A DNA stretch of 64,000 bases from Azolla caroliniana (taxonomy: Eukaryota; Plantae; Polypodiophyta), in NCBI GenBank assembly GCA_043228905.1, contig JBHGNT010000011.1, forward strand, positions 7,316,001 through 7,380,000, written 5' to 3'. Each line of letters begins with the position of its first letter. The first letter of the stretch is position 1. The position numbers and the translations under genes are program-made. Shown here piece after piece: positions 11,912 to 24,622 of the stretch. The notes under the pieces are model-generated. The model searched no databases and had not been told where the DNA came from. It saw only the letters and a program-made list of their open reading frames with translations.

Positions 11912-14900
11912 ATGGTACCTCATCCTTGTGTGGATACCCTTGTCCATACTCTACTCAATACCTCCTTGAAGGTCAAAGAAAACTTAACCCCTGCCCTCAT
12001 CCTACATGCTTATGTATGCCGAATTGGATTGAACGTAGGTGACACTGTTGGGAATCGCCTTGTCTGGATGCTTCTTGAAGCTTCGAGTTTCTTTGATGCA
12101 CACATTGTCTTTGAACACTTGAAATATCGGTATGATCATTTCCTGAATTCACTTCTTTTTGCTCTTATGAATTGTGATCATGTAATATCACGTAATGTGT
12201 GTATTAGCAAAGATGACCCGGTTTTACTCACTAAAGGTCCCACCTTTGTTGCCTTACTCAATTCATGTTCTCACACAAGAAATGCAAATCTAGGCTCTCA
12301 ACTACATACAATCATTGCAAAACGCAAGGTTTTACTTTCGGATCTCTTCATATGCAACTCTTTGGTGGATATGTATGCCAAATGTGGCTTTATTGCAAGA
12401 GCCAAAGATGTATTTGAAGAAATTTCTGCCCCTGATGTTGTATCATGGAATGCACTTGTAGGAGGATATGTAAAACATCAATATTATGGGGAATCACTCA
12501 AGTGTTTTGAACAAATGCAATTGGAAGGTGTTTTCCCCAATGCGGTCACTTTTGTTTGTAGTCTGAAAGCTGTGGCTAGTATTGGATATGCATGTAAAGG
12601 GATCGAAATACATGCAAAAATTGTAAGAACAAGGCTGCATAAAATGAACCTTCTCGTTGGCAATGCATTGGTTGACATGTATGCAAAGTGTGGTTTGTGT
12701 GTGCAAGCACAACAATTGTTCGATGAACTTCCTTCTAGAGATGTAGTATCATGGAATGCATTGATAACAGGATATGTGAAACATGGCAATGGTGTGGAAG
12801 CATTACTTTGTTTCGACCAAATGCAAATTGAGAAGATTCAACCAACTATAATCACACTTACATGTGCTCTCAAGGCCTGTGCCATCGTTGGAGCCTTAGG
12901 CATGGGAAGAACAATCCATTCTTTGATTCACGGAGAAGAACTCCTTACAAAAAGTCCATTGATTGGCATTGCATTAGTAGCTATGTATGCCAAGTGTGGG
13001 ATGCTGGATGAAGCATATAGTGTATTGAGCAAACTTGATGGTCGGGATACAATTTCTTGGACAACATTGATGGCTGGGTATGTCAAACAAGGATATGCTG
13101 AACAAGCCATAAACTGTTTCGAGAGAATGCAACTAGAGGGCCTCTCTCCCAATGCTGCTACATATGTTTGTGGCCTAAAAGCATATGCTGTGATTGGAGC
13201 GAGTGACAAGGGAATCAAGTTACATGAGGAATTAACAGAAGAAGGGTGGCTAGAAAAAGATATTGTTATTGGCAATTCAGTGATTGACATGTATGCAAAC
13301 TGTGGTTTATTTCAGAAAGCACAAGAGGTGTTGGATAGGATTCGATACCGTGACGTAGTTTCATGGACTGCACTAATGAGTGGGTATGTGAAACATAATC
13401 ATGGTGAGTTGGCTTTGAATTGCTTGACACAGATGGAGAGTGAGGGAACTTGCCCGAATGAAGTCTCTTTTGTCTGTGCCTTGAAAGCTTGTGGCATTAT
13501 TCACGACTTGGAAAAAGGGAAAAATATACAGGTTAAAATTGCTAGAATGGGAATGTTTGAGAATAACGTTGCTGTTGGAAATGCATTGGTGGACATGTAT
13601 GTTAAATGTAATTGTATTGTAAAAGCAAATGAGATCTTTGATTTACTTCCTGTTCGTGATGTAGTATCGTGGACGACACTCATTGCTAGTTATGTGGTAA
13701 AAGAAGCTGGTGAAGAAGCATTGGGTTGTTTTGAACATATGCAATTAGAGGGTATCTCCCCAAATGTTGTCACATATGTTTGCAGCCTTCAAGCATGTGG
13801 AATTCTCAGACACATTGATAAAGGAAGTGAACTGCATGGTGAAATTATGAGAATAGGCTTGCTGGAAAGAGATCTCATTGGAAATTCATTAGTTGACATG
13901 TATGCAAAGTGTGGGGAGCTTGCAAAAGCACAAGAGACATTCAACAGTCTTATGGTTCAAAATGTTGTTTCATGGACGTCTTTAATTGCAGGATACACAA
14001 ATCACGATTATGCTGAGAATGCTTTAGCTTGTTTTGAAGAAATGCAATCCAAGGGCATCACTCCGAATTCAGTCACATTCATATGCATCTTGAAAGCTTG
14101 TGGAAGTATTCAAGCCATCAACAAAGGTATCCAAATACACGATCAAATTCGAAGCTTAAACATGCTAGAAAACGATGTTGTTGTGGGTAGTGCACTTGTT
14201 GATATGTATGCCAAGCTTGGGTTCCTCGAAAAAGCAGAAGATGTATTTGAACAAATTACTTCACAGGACACAATGGTATGGAATACATTGATATCAGGAT
14301 ATGCTGAACATGACTGTGGAAAGGAGGTTTTGAACTGTTTTGAACAAATGAAACTAGAGGGAGTCTCTCCAGATGCAATTACATTTGTTCTCTGCTTGAA
14401 AGCATGTGGAACTATGGGTGCAAACGAAAAGGGCCTTGAAATACACTCAGAGATTTCTCGAAAAGGTATATTAGGAAATGACATTGTTGTTGGCAATGCA
14501 CTCATTGGTATGTATGCTAAATGTGGTTTGATTACACAGGCACGAGAAGTGTTTGATAGGCTTCCAGTTCAAGATGTAGTCACATGGAGCACACTAATTT
14601 CAGGATATGGACACCTTGGAGAGTGTGAAACCGTATTTGGAATTTTTGAGAAAATGAAGGTTGAAGGCAGAAAACCGGATTTTATCACATTTGTAAGTAT
14701 TTTAAATGCGTGCAATCAATCATTGTTGATTGGCAAGGGCCAATCATTGTTTGAATCAATTAAAGAAGATTATGATACCATGCTAACTATTGAACACCAT
14801 ACATGCATGGTAGGGCTTCTTAGTCAAGCTGGCCATTTAGAAAGTGCACTAGAAATGGTTCAGGAGATGCCACTGTGGCCCGACACTGGAGTTTGGCACT

Positions 14901-15055
14901 GTCTGTTAGATGCTTGCTCCAAATGGGGAAACTTTGAGCTCGGTAAAACGGCTTTTGAAAACGCAATGCAACTAGATCACAAGGATGCTGCATCCTATCT
15001 TCGAATTTTGAGAATTTATGCTGATGCTGAATTCTTTCAGAAATGTGCAACATAA
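11912..15055 (+). CDS. PLS-class pentatricopeptide repeat protein with C-terminal E domain and no DYW (probable organellar RNA-editing specificity factor)
   Basis: Intronless 1047-aa ORF with eight roughly 102-aa P-L-S triplets (DMYAKCG...DVVSW.ALI.GY...P..VTF...LKAC). It ends HHTCMVGLLSQAG...VWHCLLDAC...ASYLRILRIYA with no PG box or DYW domain. The start codon is uncertain. Confidence 0.93.
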   Translation: MVPHPCVDTLVHTLLNTSLKVKENLTPALILHAYVCRIGLNVGDTVGNRLVWMLLEASSFFDAHIVFEHLKYRYDHFLNSLLFALMNCDHVISRNVCISKDDPVLLTKGPTFVALLNSCSHTRNANLGSQLHTIIAKRKVLLSDLFICNSLVDMYAKCGFIARAKDVFEEISAPDVVSWNALVGGYVKHQYYGESLKCFEQMQLEGVFPNAVTFVCSLKAVASIGYACKGIEIHAKIVRTRLHKMNLLVGNALVDMYAKCGLCVQAQQLFDELPSRDVVSWNALITGYVKHGNGVEALLCFDQMQIEKIQPTIITLTCALKACAIVGALGMGRTIHSLIHGEELLTKSPLIGIALVAMYAKCGMLDEAYSVLSKLDGRDTISWTTLMAGYVKQGYAEQAINCFERMQLEGLSPNAATYVCGLKAYAVIGASDKGIKLHEELTEEGWLEKDIVIGNSVIDMYANCGLFQKAQEVLDRIRYRDVVSWTALMSGYVKHNHGELALNCLTQMESEGTCPNEVSFVCALKACGIIHDLEKGKNIQVKIARMGMFENNVAVGNALVDMYVKCNCIVKANEIFDLLPVRDVVSWTTLIASYVVKEAGEEALGCFEHMQLEGISPNVVTYVCSLQACGILRHIDKGSELHGEIMRIGLLERDLIGNSLVDMYAKCGELAKAQETFNSLMVQNVVSWTSLIAGYTNHDYAENALACFEEMQSKGITPNSVTFICILKACGSIQAINKGIQIHDQIRSLNMLENDVVVGSALVDMYAKLGFLEKAEDVFEQITSQDTMVWNTLISGYAEHDCGKEVLNCFEQMKLEGVSPDAITFVLCLKACGTMGANEKGLEIHSEISRKGILGNDIVVGNALIGMYAKCGLITQAREVFDRLPVQDVVTWSTLISGYGHLGECETVFGIFEKMKVEGRKPDFITFVSILNACNQSLLIGKGQSLFESIKEDYDTMLTIEHHTCMVGLLSQAGHLESALEMVQEMPLWPDTGVWHCLLDACSKWGNFELGKTAFENAMQLDHKDAASYLRILRIYADAEFFQKCAT

Positions 15056-17175
15056 CTATGAGAATTATAATTGAAAAGATTGTTGCTAATAGTAGTGAGA
15101 ATATTTGAAAGTAGAAAACCATTCAATTTTGATGTATTGAAGTATGGGAAGTATCTATGTCAGTGAACAAACATAGTTCTTCATACTTGGGAGTGTGAAC
15201 TTTCAATAACCTTCTAATGTACGTCACTAAATGTATGGTCTGAAAGACAGACAACAAATGCTGAACCAGGCTCTTGTTTGCCAACTTGGAGAAACTGGTG
15301 CAAAGTTATTTTCAAGGTGCAAGAGAGGGCGTAGCTTTGGAAACCAACTCTGTATAATCTGAATTTGATGTGCGTGAGCTTGATTAGGAACTGGGACATG
15401 GACACAAACAAGGAAACAGATCAGGTGCAAGAACAAGAAAAGAACTGGATCAGGGATAGAAACATAAACACGATAGGAGGTGGGACCAAATTAAGAACAA
15501 AGGCATGAACATGATTGGAAGTAGAAGCTTGGACTATACAAGAAAACAACTACAAGAACTAGAGCCAGCCAGGTTCAAAAGATGAGCAAAAAGACCTGGG
15601 GCTGATGCGAGCCCCCAAGTTGGCAGTGAAAAAGCCTCTAATGACCTTACTTCTAATTCCAGTATTTCAGGGCAGAAACCTTGGTCACCAGTAGTAAAAG
15701 GAGTCTCACGAACGTTGGACAGCCATCAAGAGTATGGCACTTATCAATATGTACTCTCTGGCTAAATCAATCCAAATTTATGTATGGCAAGGGTAAAATC
15801 TGGACTAAGGGTTAAGACTAAGTATGGTAGGAAGAAAGCATATCTGCAGCACATGGTAGGATGCAAGTATGTCCGTGAAAGGGGTATTTCCATGCACCGA
15901 AAATGATCAATAAAATGGAAATTCACAGGTAATCAAGGGCTGTCAAGGCGTTCAATTCCGCCTCTAATATTTAAACAATGAGCTATCAAAAATATAAATG
16001 AGGATTCTCATTTTAACGTCTATCTAACTGATTGTTGGATTTCTGTCAAACCACTGTAATTGTCCCTTTCTGTTCTTCGTATCTCCTATTGGCTCAAAAC
16101 CTCGAAGGTTCCGATTCAGTGCATGCAGATCATAAATCTACATGACCCAGTGCACATTACAAGATCTTGATGAACCCATCTTCATAAGAAGATCAATGAA
16201 ACGTCACGAAGATGTTATTGGTTGTGTAGGAGATGTTTTGTGAGAGGGCCAACATACCCAGTATGGAAAAAACAGTAGAAAATATCGTGAACACAGCCAA
16301 GTAGTATGATTGAAGGAACATCAAAGTGTTCCTAAAATGTGTACCATGAACTGCAGCATAAAGGAATGTTTTGATCGAATCGTGGCAAACTATTTACAAA
16401 GCTAATTTTTCACTCAAGTAGAACCCACAACAATAAAGATAATTAGTGTTGGGTTTTTCCCTCCTACGTGGAGGAAGATGTCCAAATATTTAATTGGGTC
16501 TATGTTTTGTTTACCCACTTAGTATGTGGATGTGTATGTTGTAATGGGTCCAAATTAGTATGAAAAAGGCCCAAACAAAGTTTCCACTTATACGTTCTTC
16601 TTAGGAGTAATAAAGGGTTTTTTAGAAACATAACCCTTATTATTACTATTTCTATTTTTTGAGAATATACTATAAAGAACACGCAACAAGAAAGTATATA
16701 TATAGAGAGAGAGGATAGATGTAGAGGAGCCAACTACTATTCTGTCCCTGATCAATGACCAAACGACCTTTGATCGTCACCAAAATCTAGTGAATTGTTC
16801 CTGATACTCTTCTTCAAATCCAATAGTTGGATTATTGTTTTGATCTCTCTATCTTCATAGATTCTGCTGTAATCAGAACTCATAAATTTGTGAAATATAT
16901 GCCACTATATGTGAAGATTTAGAGAAGATTTGTTGATCCAAGGACTTACCTTGAAGATTGTAAAGCCTCTAGTTTTGAACTAGAGATGAAAACTTGTTGT
17001 ACCCACTCGATTATTGTTTATTAGTGGAGTTTTGGTGCCATTGTGAACGGTCTCGTGGTTTTTCCCCACATCGGGGTTTTCCACATAAATCTCGTGTCTC
17101 CTTGATTATTTTTTTGTTAGTGTTTGGATGTGGAGTTTCTTGCTCAATTGTTGTCCATATTAGTTTGGTTTGATT

Positions 17176-17448
17176 CATAGTATGAACCATACGTACCATA
17201 CGTGAATTCGCATTCGCGAATGTTTCAATCATTCATGTAAGAAAAACACCCTCAAAGAATGATAAATACCATACTTTTGGATTAACTATTTGTTATGAGG
17301 TAAATAAGCCTAAAAAATGGAAATAAACAAAAATAAACATTAAAAAAATGGGGAAAAAACACAAGAATGGTTGAATAACATTTGCATTCATTTTCCAACG
17401 CAGGAAAATGAATGTTATGCTAGACGACCACGAATTTTACGTACTATG
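17176..17448. mobile_element. hAT-like MITE (273 bp) inserted in the 5' LTR of copia B
   Basis: 8-bp TSD GTTTGATT (17168-17175, 17449-17456). Terminal inverted repeats CATAGTATGAA and CATAGTACGTA. The insert is absent from the matching part of the 3' LTR near 26640. Confidence 0.8.
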
Positions 17449-19399
17449 GTTTGATTACTATCTTATATTTTACGAGAAAAGTGGGGAAACAATTAGTTAG
17501 ATTCCGTGTGGAATTGTGGTATTGTCGTGTGCTTCCCCAACAAAATGGTATCAGATCCAAGTTGCTTGTTGTGTGATTCTTGTGTCGTGTGAAAATGGAT
17601 GATAAGTTGGCATGCCCGGTATGGTTAGTTTAAATGCTACCAATTACACCACTTCGAAACCCGTATGGAGGATATCCTTTATGTGAAGGATTTGTATGAT
17701 CCTATTTTAAGAGCTCTAGATTATTCCAATTGGTGTTGTTGCTAAAGAATGGGAAATCTTCAACCCAAAGGCCATTAGTAAAACTAGAAAATTTGTTGAC
17801 TTGAGTGTGCTTCAACATATTGCTAATGAACACAATGCCCTCAAACTTTGGAAGAAGTTAAGTGATATGTATGAGTGAAAAAATGCCATGAGTAAAGCCT
17901 CCTTGATGAGGAAACTTGTGAAGTTATAGTACAAAGATAGTAGGCGCATGGTAGTTCATTTGAATGATTTTCAAGGGTTGATTAACCAATTATCTGCAAT
18001 GAGTATGTCACCTTATGATGAGTTGCAGGCTTTGTTGCTACTTAGCTCTCTACTAGAAGGTTGGGATACTCTTGTTGTGTCACTTAGTAATTTTGATCCT
18101 GAAGGAAAATTGTTTATGGATATGGTCAAAGCTACCTTGTTGAATGAGGAGGCAAGAAGCAAAGACTTGAGTGGTTTCAACCATTTTGCGGCCAATGTCG
18201 TTTTTTATTCCAGAAGAGGAAGTGCTAAAATCAGAGATTCCTCACATAATAGAGATAAGTCTAGGGGGAGATCGAAATCAAAGTTCAAGGGCAAGATTAT
18301 ATGCCATTACTACAACAATCCGGGTCATATTGAGAAATTCTGTAGGAAAAAGAAAAGAGATAAATCCCAAGAGATGAAAGAAAAGAATGAGACTTCAACT
18401 TCCATGCAACAACAACAGTTAGATGGAAAATGTACTTTACCACTTGTAGTTAGTAGTGATGATGCATGTTTCATTAGTGAACAGGGTGCCTAAACCTTGT
18501 TTGTGATGACTATAATTGGGTGATTGACTCGGGTGCTTCATATCACCTCACTTCACGTCAAGATTACTTCTCTTCCTACACTAGTGGCAATTTTGGTCAA
18601 GTGTTGATGGGAAATGATGGATCATCCAAAATTATCGACATGGGTACAATGCATCTTGAAGCCTCCACAGGTTGCAAGTTGGTTCTGAGAAATGTTAGAC
18701 ATGTTCCTGATATCACACTAAATTTGTTATCGGTTGGTGTGCTCGATGATGAAGGTTTCAGCAATCAACTTGGTGAAAGAAAATGGAAACTTCTCAAGGG
18801 TAGAATGGTAGTGGCCCAAGCGCAGAAGATGAGATCTTTGTATGTGATCCAAGCTAAAGCGTGTCAAGAAGAAGTCAACGTGATGGATGATGTTTCTAGT
18901 AAATTGTGACACAAGAGGCTTGCTCACATGAGTTCAAAAGGTATGGAGATTCTTTCGAAGAAGAACTTCTCCCATGATGTTGCAGGTATGAATTTGAAAC
19001 CTTGTGTTGATTGTTTAGCTAGAAAACAATGTGACAAAGATGTTTTTCGCACATGTCCACCTTCTAGAATGAAGAATATGCTTGATCTTGTTCACACTAA
19101 TGTGTGCTCTATGGATATTAGATCACTTGGTGGTGCACAATATTTTCTTACCTTTACTGATGATATTCTAGAAAGGTATGGGCGTTTGTGTTGAAAACTA
19201 AAGATCAAGTATTTCAAGCATTTTAGCAATTTTAGGCCAAAGTTGAAAGAGAAACTGGCAGAAATGAAGAGTGTGAGATCAAACAACGGTGGTGAGTATA
19301 GAGGACCATTTAAGGCCTATCATAATGCTCAAGGTATCAAGCTTGAGAAAACAATTCCTAAGACACTTCAACTAAACAGAGTTGTAGAGAGAACAAATA

Positions 19400-19443
19400 T
19401 GTGAAGAATCGGTGATGATTCTATGTAGCGGAAGAGATGTGTT

Positions 19444-19480
<37 letters not shown>

Positions 19481-22400
19481 AAGAAAGAAAGAAAGAAAGA
19501 TATATTAATGTCTTCTAAGGCCAAATTTGGCCCATGAGACAATTGGGTTACAACAAAAATGAGTGTTTATCCAATCATCAAAACTAAAATAAAAGAAAAT
19601 AGCTTAAGCTAAGAAAGTTCTAGTAGTGTACAAAACTTTGCACGAAGCCTAATCTCATCTCCACCCAAGTCTCTCAAAAAGAAGTGGGAGGTCAAAAGTT
19701 TTTGGTGTGGGTGTGACCCATGGTCCCGATGCATAGAGTGCCCTAGCCATGGCTTCTAGGCGGTGTAGTTCACGTTCCCTTATTTTCTTTATTGCTTCTC
19801 CATCTCGTCGAGTTGCTTTGAAACCCAACATCCAAGGGCGTTTGGTTCTTCTTTGATTTTCTGCTTCATCAAGGAAAAGCCCGAGTGGTGCAAGTGTGTC
19901 GATATTCATTGTCTCCCCCTGTTCCTAAAAAACTTCATTTGTTACATGTTGGTAAACATTAGCAACATTATTATCAACGTTTTGTAACTTATTCTCTCTG
20001 TGTTGTTTCAATTCTAAGATGTATCTACCTAATTTCTTTATATCTAGTGTATCTAATAGTTTAGGGAGGGTGGGAGAGGAACCAAGTATGTCTTGGTATT
20101 TTGCCCTTATCTCGGCATAGGTGGGGCATTTGCATGTAAAATGGTACTCATCCTCTATCTCTATGTGGCATAACCTACATATCCTTTCCTCCCTAGGGAC
20201 TCCATTAGTACGTTCATTCTCAATCTCAAGTTGGTGAGATGATATTCTAAGTTGACCAATGGCAACCCTTAGTGCATGTGGTAAGAATACATCTAGATAT
20301 TTTGGGCGCGTGATAAAACGTAACTCAGAGAAGTGCATAAAGTGTTCCTTATAGTACGACATTTTAGATGGGAGTGGCTCTAGTGGGGTGATCCATTTAT
20401 ACCGAGTATAAATTTGCCATATTTCTTGGCGTATTACTTTATTACGGTCCTCATGAGAGATTAAAGTGTTATCAGTCGTGTGGCCGTACTTAGGGGGGGA
20501 GGTTATTAATATCTAGACCGTTGCAAGAAGCCAACTCACCATCATGCCATACCATGAGCTAGTATAGCCAGACTCATACAGTGCTCCAGAAGCCTTAAAG
20601 GCTTGGTGGGATATTCTATCAAGTGGTTGGTTATGTATCCTGTGGATAAAGACTACAAGTTGAAAAAGTGCTTCTACTAACACAAGGGGTAGAGTGAACT
20701 CAGCCCTAATAATGTCATGTGGGACTGACGATTTGCTTCGGAGTTGGCGTGATAACATCATCACCAATGGTCTCTCTAATTGCGTCCACATGAAAGATGG
20801 TAGTCCTGGAGCCCAAACCGTTGATGCATACATGAGAGAGGGAGTCACTAATGAGTCAAAGAGCCACCCTTTAGTTCGTGGCTCTTGGAAGTATGCTTGG
20901 TGGCATTGTCTCTCGAGGAGTGAGAGGGATGCATGTCCTCTTGTAAGTCTATCCTTCGTTGCTTGTGTCATCGAAAATTTACCTGAGTAGGCACTGAAAG
21001 TGACTCCGAGATAGACATATGATCCAACCACCTCAACTAGGCTATGGGAGATAGTTAGGTGACGCTTAGCTCTAACTTGGGCCAACGTGTGGAAGATAAG
21101 GACTTTAGTTTTCCCTAGATTCACTACCAATCCTCGTTGTGTGCAAAAGTCATCTACGGCATTAAGGTGCCTTTGTAGGTCGTGTTCGGATTCAGAGAGC
21201 AAAACTATGTTGTCTGCATAAAGCAAGATACGCACCTGCGTATCCCCAAGGACTACTCCATTGCCTCCCTTACGAGCAATAAAATATGTGATCTCATCAA
21301 TGTAGATCCCAAAAAGAGTTGGAGATAAGGGGCAACCTTGTTTTACACCAATAGTGCTAGTGAAACTATCAGATATGCCGCCTGGGCATCGAACACACCC
21401 GGACACTTGTTCATATAGTGCGTAGATGGCCCAAACCATGTCATCTGGTATCCTCAAGCTCTTAAGCCTATCAAACAACTCCTCTCTAGGGACCGTGTCA
21501 AAGACTTTGCGGAAGTCCACAAAACAACAATATAGTTTCTTCTTACGAGCCTTAGTCTGGTCAATTAAGCATCTAAGTGTGAAGATATGATCAATAGTGG
21601 AGAAGGCTCGTCTAAAGCCAGCCTATTCAGGAACACGAAGATTTAAGGTCTCCATATACTCGCTAAGCTCTGCCTCCATTACTGCACCATATAATTTAGC
21701 AAGGGTATGACCTATCATAATGGTCCTATAAGTATTTGGATCCATGGGGTCCCCCCCTTTATGTATGGGGGCCATTGTGTTCATGGTCCATTGTGGTGGA
21801 AAACCCTCTGCGAGGGCACGATTGAAGATTAGAGTTAGCAAGGGAGCTAGGCACTCTCTCACATATATGATGTGTTCTGCTCGCAATCCTGTGTGGTCCA
21901 TGGACTTCCTATGTTGTAATTTCTTTATGACCTTCGTGACCCTAGAGATCGTGAAGAGTGTCCCCACAGTAGGTCGGGGTGTAGAAGGCATTGGAATGGG
22001 TGGTTGGTTTGGGATTTGGTAAAGTCTCTCTGTATAAGTGTGCCAAGTTTCGGGATCTTCGATGGGTGTTTGTGGTCTTGGTTCCCGTAATCTCTTCCAT
22101 GCAGTGGCACAATCGCTACTCATGAGCATATGGTAGAGTTCCCAATATTGGGATGCCTCCCATGCTCGTCTCTTACGACGTGTCATCTTGCGCATTTCTT
22201 TACGAGCTTGTACTGAGGTAATACTACCATTGAGTTGCAATATTGTAAGTTGTCTATGTAAGCACCTACAATCCTCATCATACCATCTATTTTGTGGCAT
22301 AGATCCTACTTTACCTTGATTGGAGTGTTTCATGTATGGGAAACTGCTAACTGTTGCAGAGTGAAGGATGTGTGTGAGTTTCGTACTAAGACTCTCTAAA

Positions 22401-24622
22401 GGTAGGGAGAGATCAAGGGAGGAGAGATGGGCTTGAACATGTTGAGCATATATGTCAGAGAGCTCATGTGTGAAATGTATTGTGATGTCATGACATGGTT
22501 GACTAGAGTTGGTGACGTTAGAGATATCGCATTTTAGCTCGAAGTATAAGAAACTATGGTCCGTGCCAATAGGACATGGGGCCACTCGGAAGGAGTTAAT
22601 CATGTGGGTAGCTTCAGGGCGTCCTATTAGATAATTGACTGAGATAGTAACAACACAAGAAAATACAAAAAAACAAAAAAACAAAAAATTGTATTAACAC
22701 AAGCAAGAATGAGCCAATAGTTACAAAGAGAAGGAGAAGGTGCTTATGTAACTGTCACCTTGTCTCTAATTCTCTCATTGAAACAACCCCTTGAGAAAGA
22801 GGTCGAGTCTTAACTACTTTAAAGAATATGTGTCATAGGATATTAACTTCTATAACACACAAGTTACTTTACAAGGAGGTGGGGTGTTCACTCACTTGAG
22901 TGTCCTAGAGTGTGTTCCCACACACGGGGAGTTGAGTTTGATTCTCAACACGCCCCTTCAAACACAACTTCTAGTTGCCAGATTGTTGTGATGCCATCTG
23001 TGTCGGCTTGATAGACTTTGTGTGGAGTCAACCGCGAACAGTGGTGGCGTGCGTCTGATTGGCTCACTTGATGTCGTTCTAGCTAAAATTGGACACAAGT
23101 CGAATCGGTTTCGACTATTTGCCGAATTCTGTCCTGAGTGACTACAATCAATCGACTTAGTCGAATTGGACCCGAGTTTTCCGATTTGATTTCAAATGAC
23201 TATTTTTGAGATTTCCGAACATAGAGTATGTGCCGATTATCCAGGTCGATCCTGCTTCAGGCCGAATGAAGCATGAAAGGGGGTTGTTCCAGGAGCTCAT
23301 ACTACTACGAGTGATTACGACGAGCGAGTGACTAGCGTTAGGCGACCTATTTGATTGTTGTCTAATCCAATGTAGAATGGTTGTTGGCTCAATCCGGCAT
23401 GATAACTCCCCCTTGTACCTGACACTTCGACTCGTGCGTTCTCGGCATCTTGTTCTAGCCAGAGGTTGCCTTTGGTTGTACCGACCTTGGCTTGGTTGCC
23501 ATCTTCCATGGCCTTGTCCTCTTCCTTCGTCTGAGTTTGTGTAAAGAATCTATCCATCAAATGTGTTGTGTCTCGTTTGGATGTGGTTTTCTTCCACTAG
23601 TAACATCGATTGGAAATCGAAGGAGGGAGACTTCTCCCTTGCGAGGGTCGCTGACCAAATGGTGTTGAAACGTGATGCTCAGCCGCCAGGCATATCTGGA
23701 CCATTTCATCTTCATCAACGTTGACATTAATCGACCCGAGGGAGTTGCACAACTCCTTGATCTTCAAGGTGTCACTACTGATGGACATGTCCCTCTGTTG
23801 AATGTTGTTCAACTCTTGGCGAAGCTAAAGCTTTCATGCAGCTGTGTTTGCCGTGACTATCTTCATGTCAAGGTTCGCCCACGCCTCTTTTGGCGTTTTG
23901 GCCTCTCGGATGTAGAGAGCATGTGATCATGGATGCATGATGCAAGACAGTACATCACCCGGCTCGTTGCTTGCTCCCAAGCTGGATGGTCGGCATGTGC
24001 TGGGTTGGGTTGATTTTCATTTGCTCCTTTGACATAACTCCAACAGCCTTGGCCAACAAGGTATTGATGCACCTTGTACTCCTAAGATGCGAAATTGTTT
24101 CTGTCGAGTTTCTCTATAGGAAGAGCGCTTCCCATCTGAGTGTTCATGTCAAACTTTTTCTTCTCTTGATTCGAACTGTGTAGGTCGTTGAGACAATGAT
24201 CAACCAGTTCTCTATGAACACAGGATTAGACACAACACACGCGAAGGCAATGGGCTTGGATCAACCTACCATGCGCTTTGCTACCATGTAAAGACTCGGT
24301 GATGGTTCTGTGTTGTGGAAGAGATATGTGTGTGCCGTAAGAAAATACAGAAAAACAAAAAGTTGTATTAACACAAGCAAGAATGAGCCAACAGTTACAA
24401 AGAGAAGGAGACGATGCTTATGTAGTCACCTTCTCTCTAAGTTCTCTCATTGAAATGGCCCCTTGAGAAAGAGGTTGTGTCTTAACTACTTTAAAGAATA
24501 TGTGTTATAGGATATGAACTTCTATGACACACTAGGTATTATACAAGGACGTGGGGTGTTCACACACTTGAGTGTCCTAGAGTGTGTTCCCACACACAGG
24601 AAGTTGAGTTTGATTCTCAACA
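19400..24622 (-). mobile_element. Non-autonomous gag-only copia-type LTR element C; its 3' LTR is interrupted by LINE copy 1
   Basis: TSD AAATA (19395-19399, 24623-24627). 5' LTR 24287-24622 with degenerate iMet PBS (tggtagcaaagc). 3' LTR 19400-about 19478 plus about 22642-22950; PPT next to 22951. The 1.3-kb internal region has only decayed gag (QYLVGQGCWSYV, KIKELCNSLGSINV). Confidence 0.85.
19479..22641 (-). mobile_element. LINE copy 1 (RTE-group/RTEX-like), 5'-truncated and degenerate
   Basis: RT motifs GVKQGCPLSPTLF and LLYADN; C-terminal CRLCH-EDEYHFTCKC zinc motif; (TTTC)n 3' tail merging into (GA)n. Collinear with copy 2 up to about 22641. Confidence 0.92.

Noticed and set aside
12484-14505. 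Minus-strand ORFs within the PPR gene
   Set aside because: Antisense shadows of the repetitive PPR coding sequence.
15200-16440. Possible decayed L1-type ORF1 or a further PPR/DYW exon
   Set aside because: Only vague Cys/His spacing on the minus strand and no HxE or CxxC deaminase motif that I could support.
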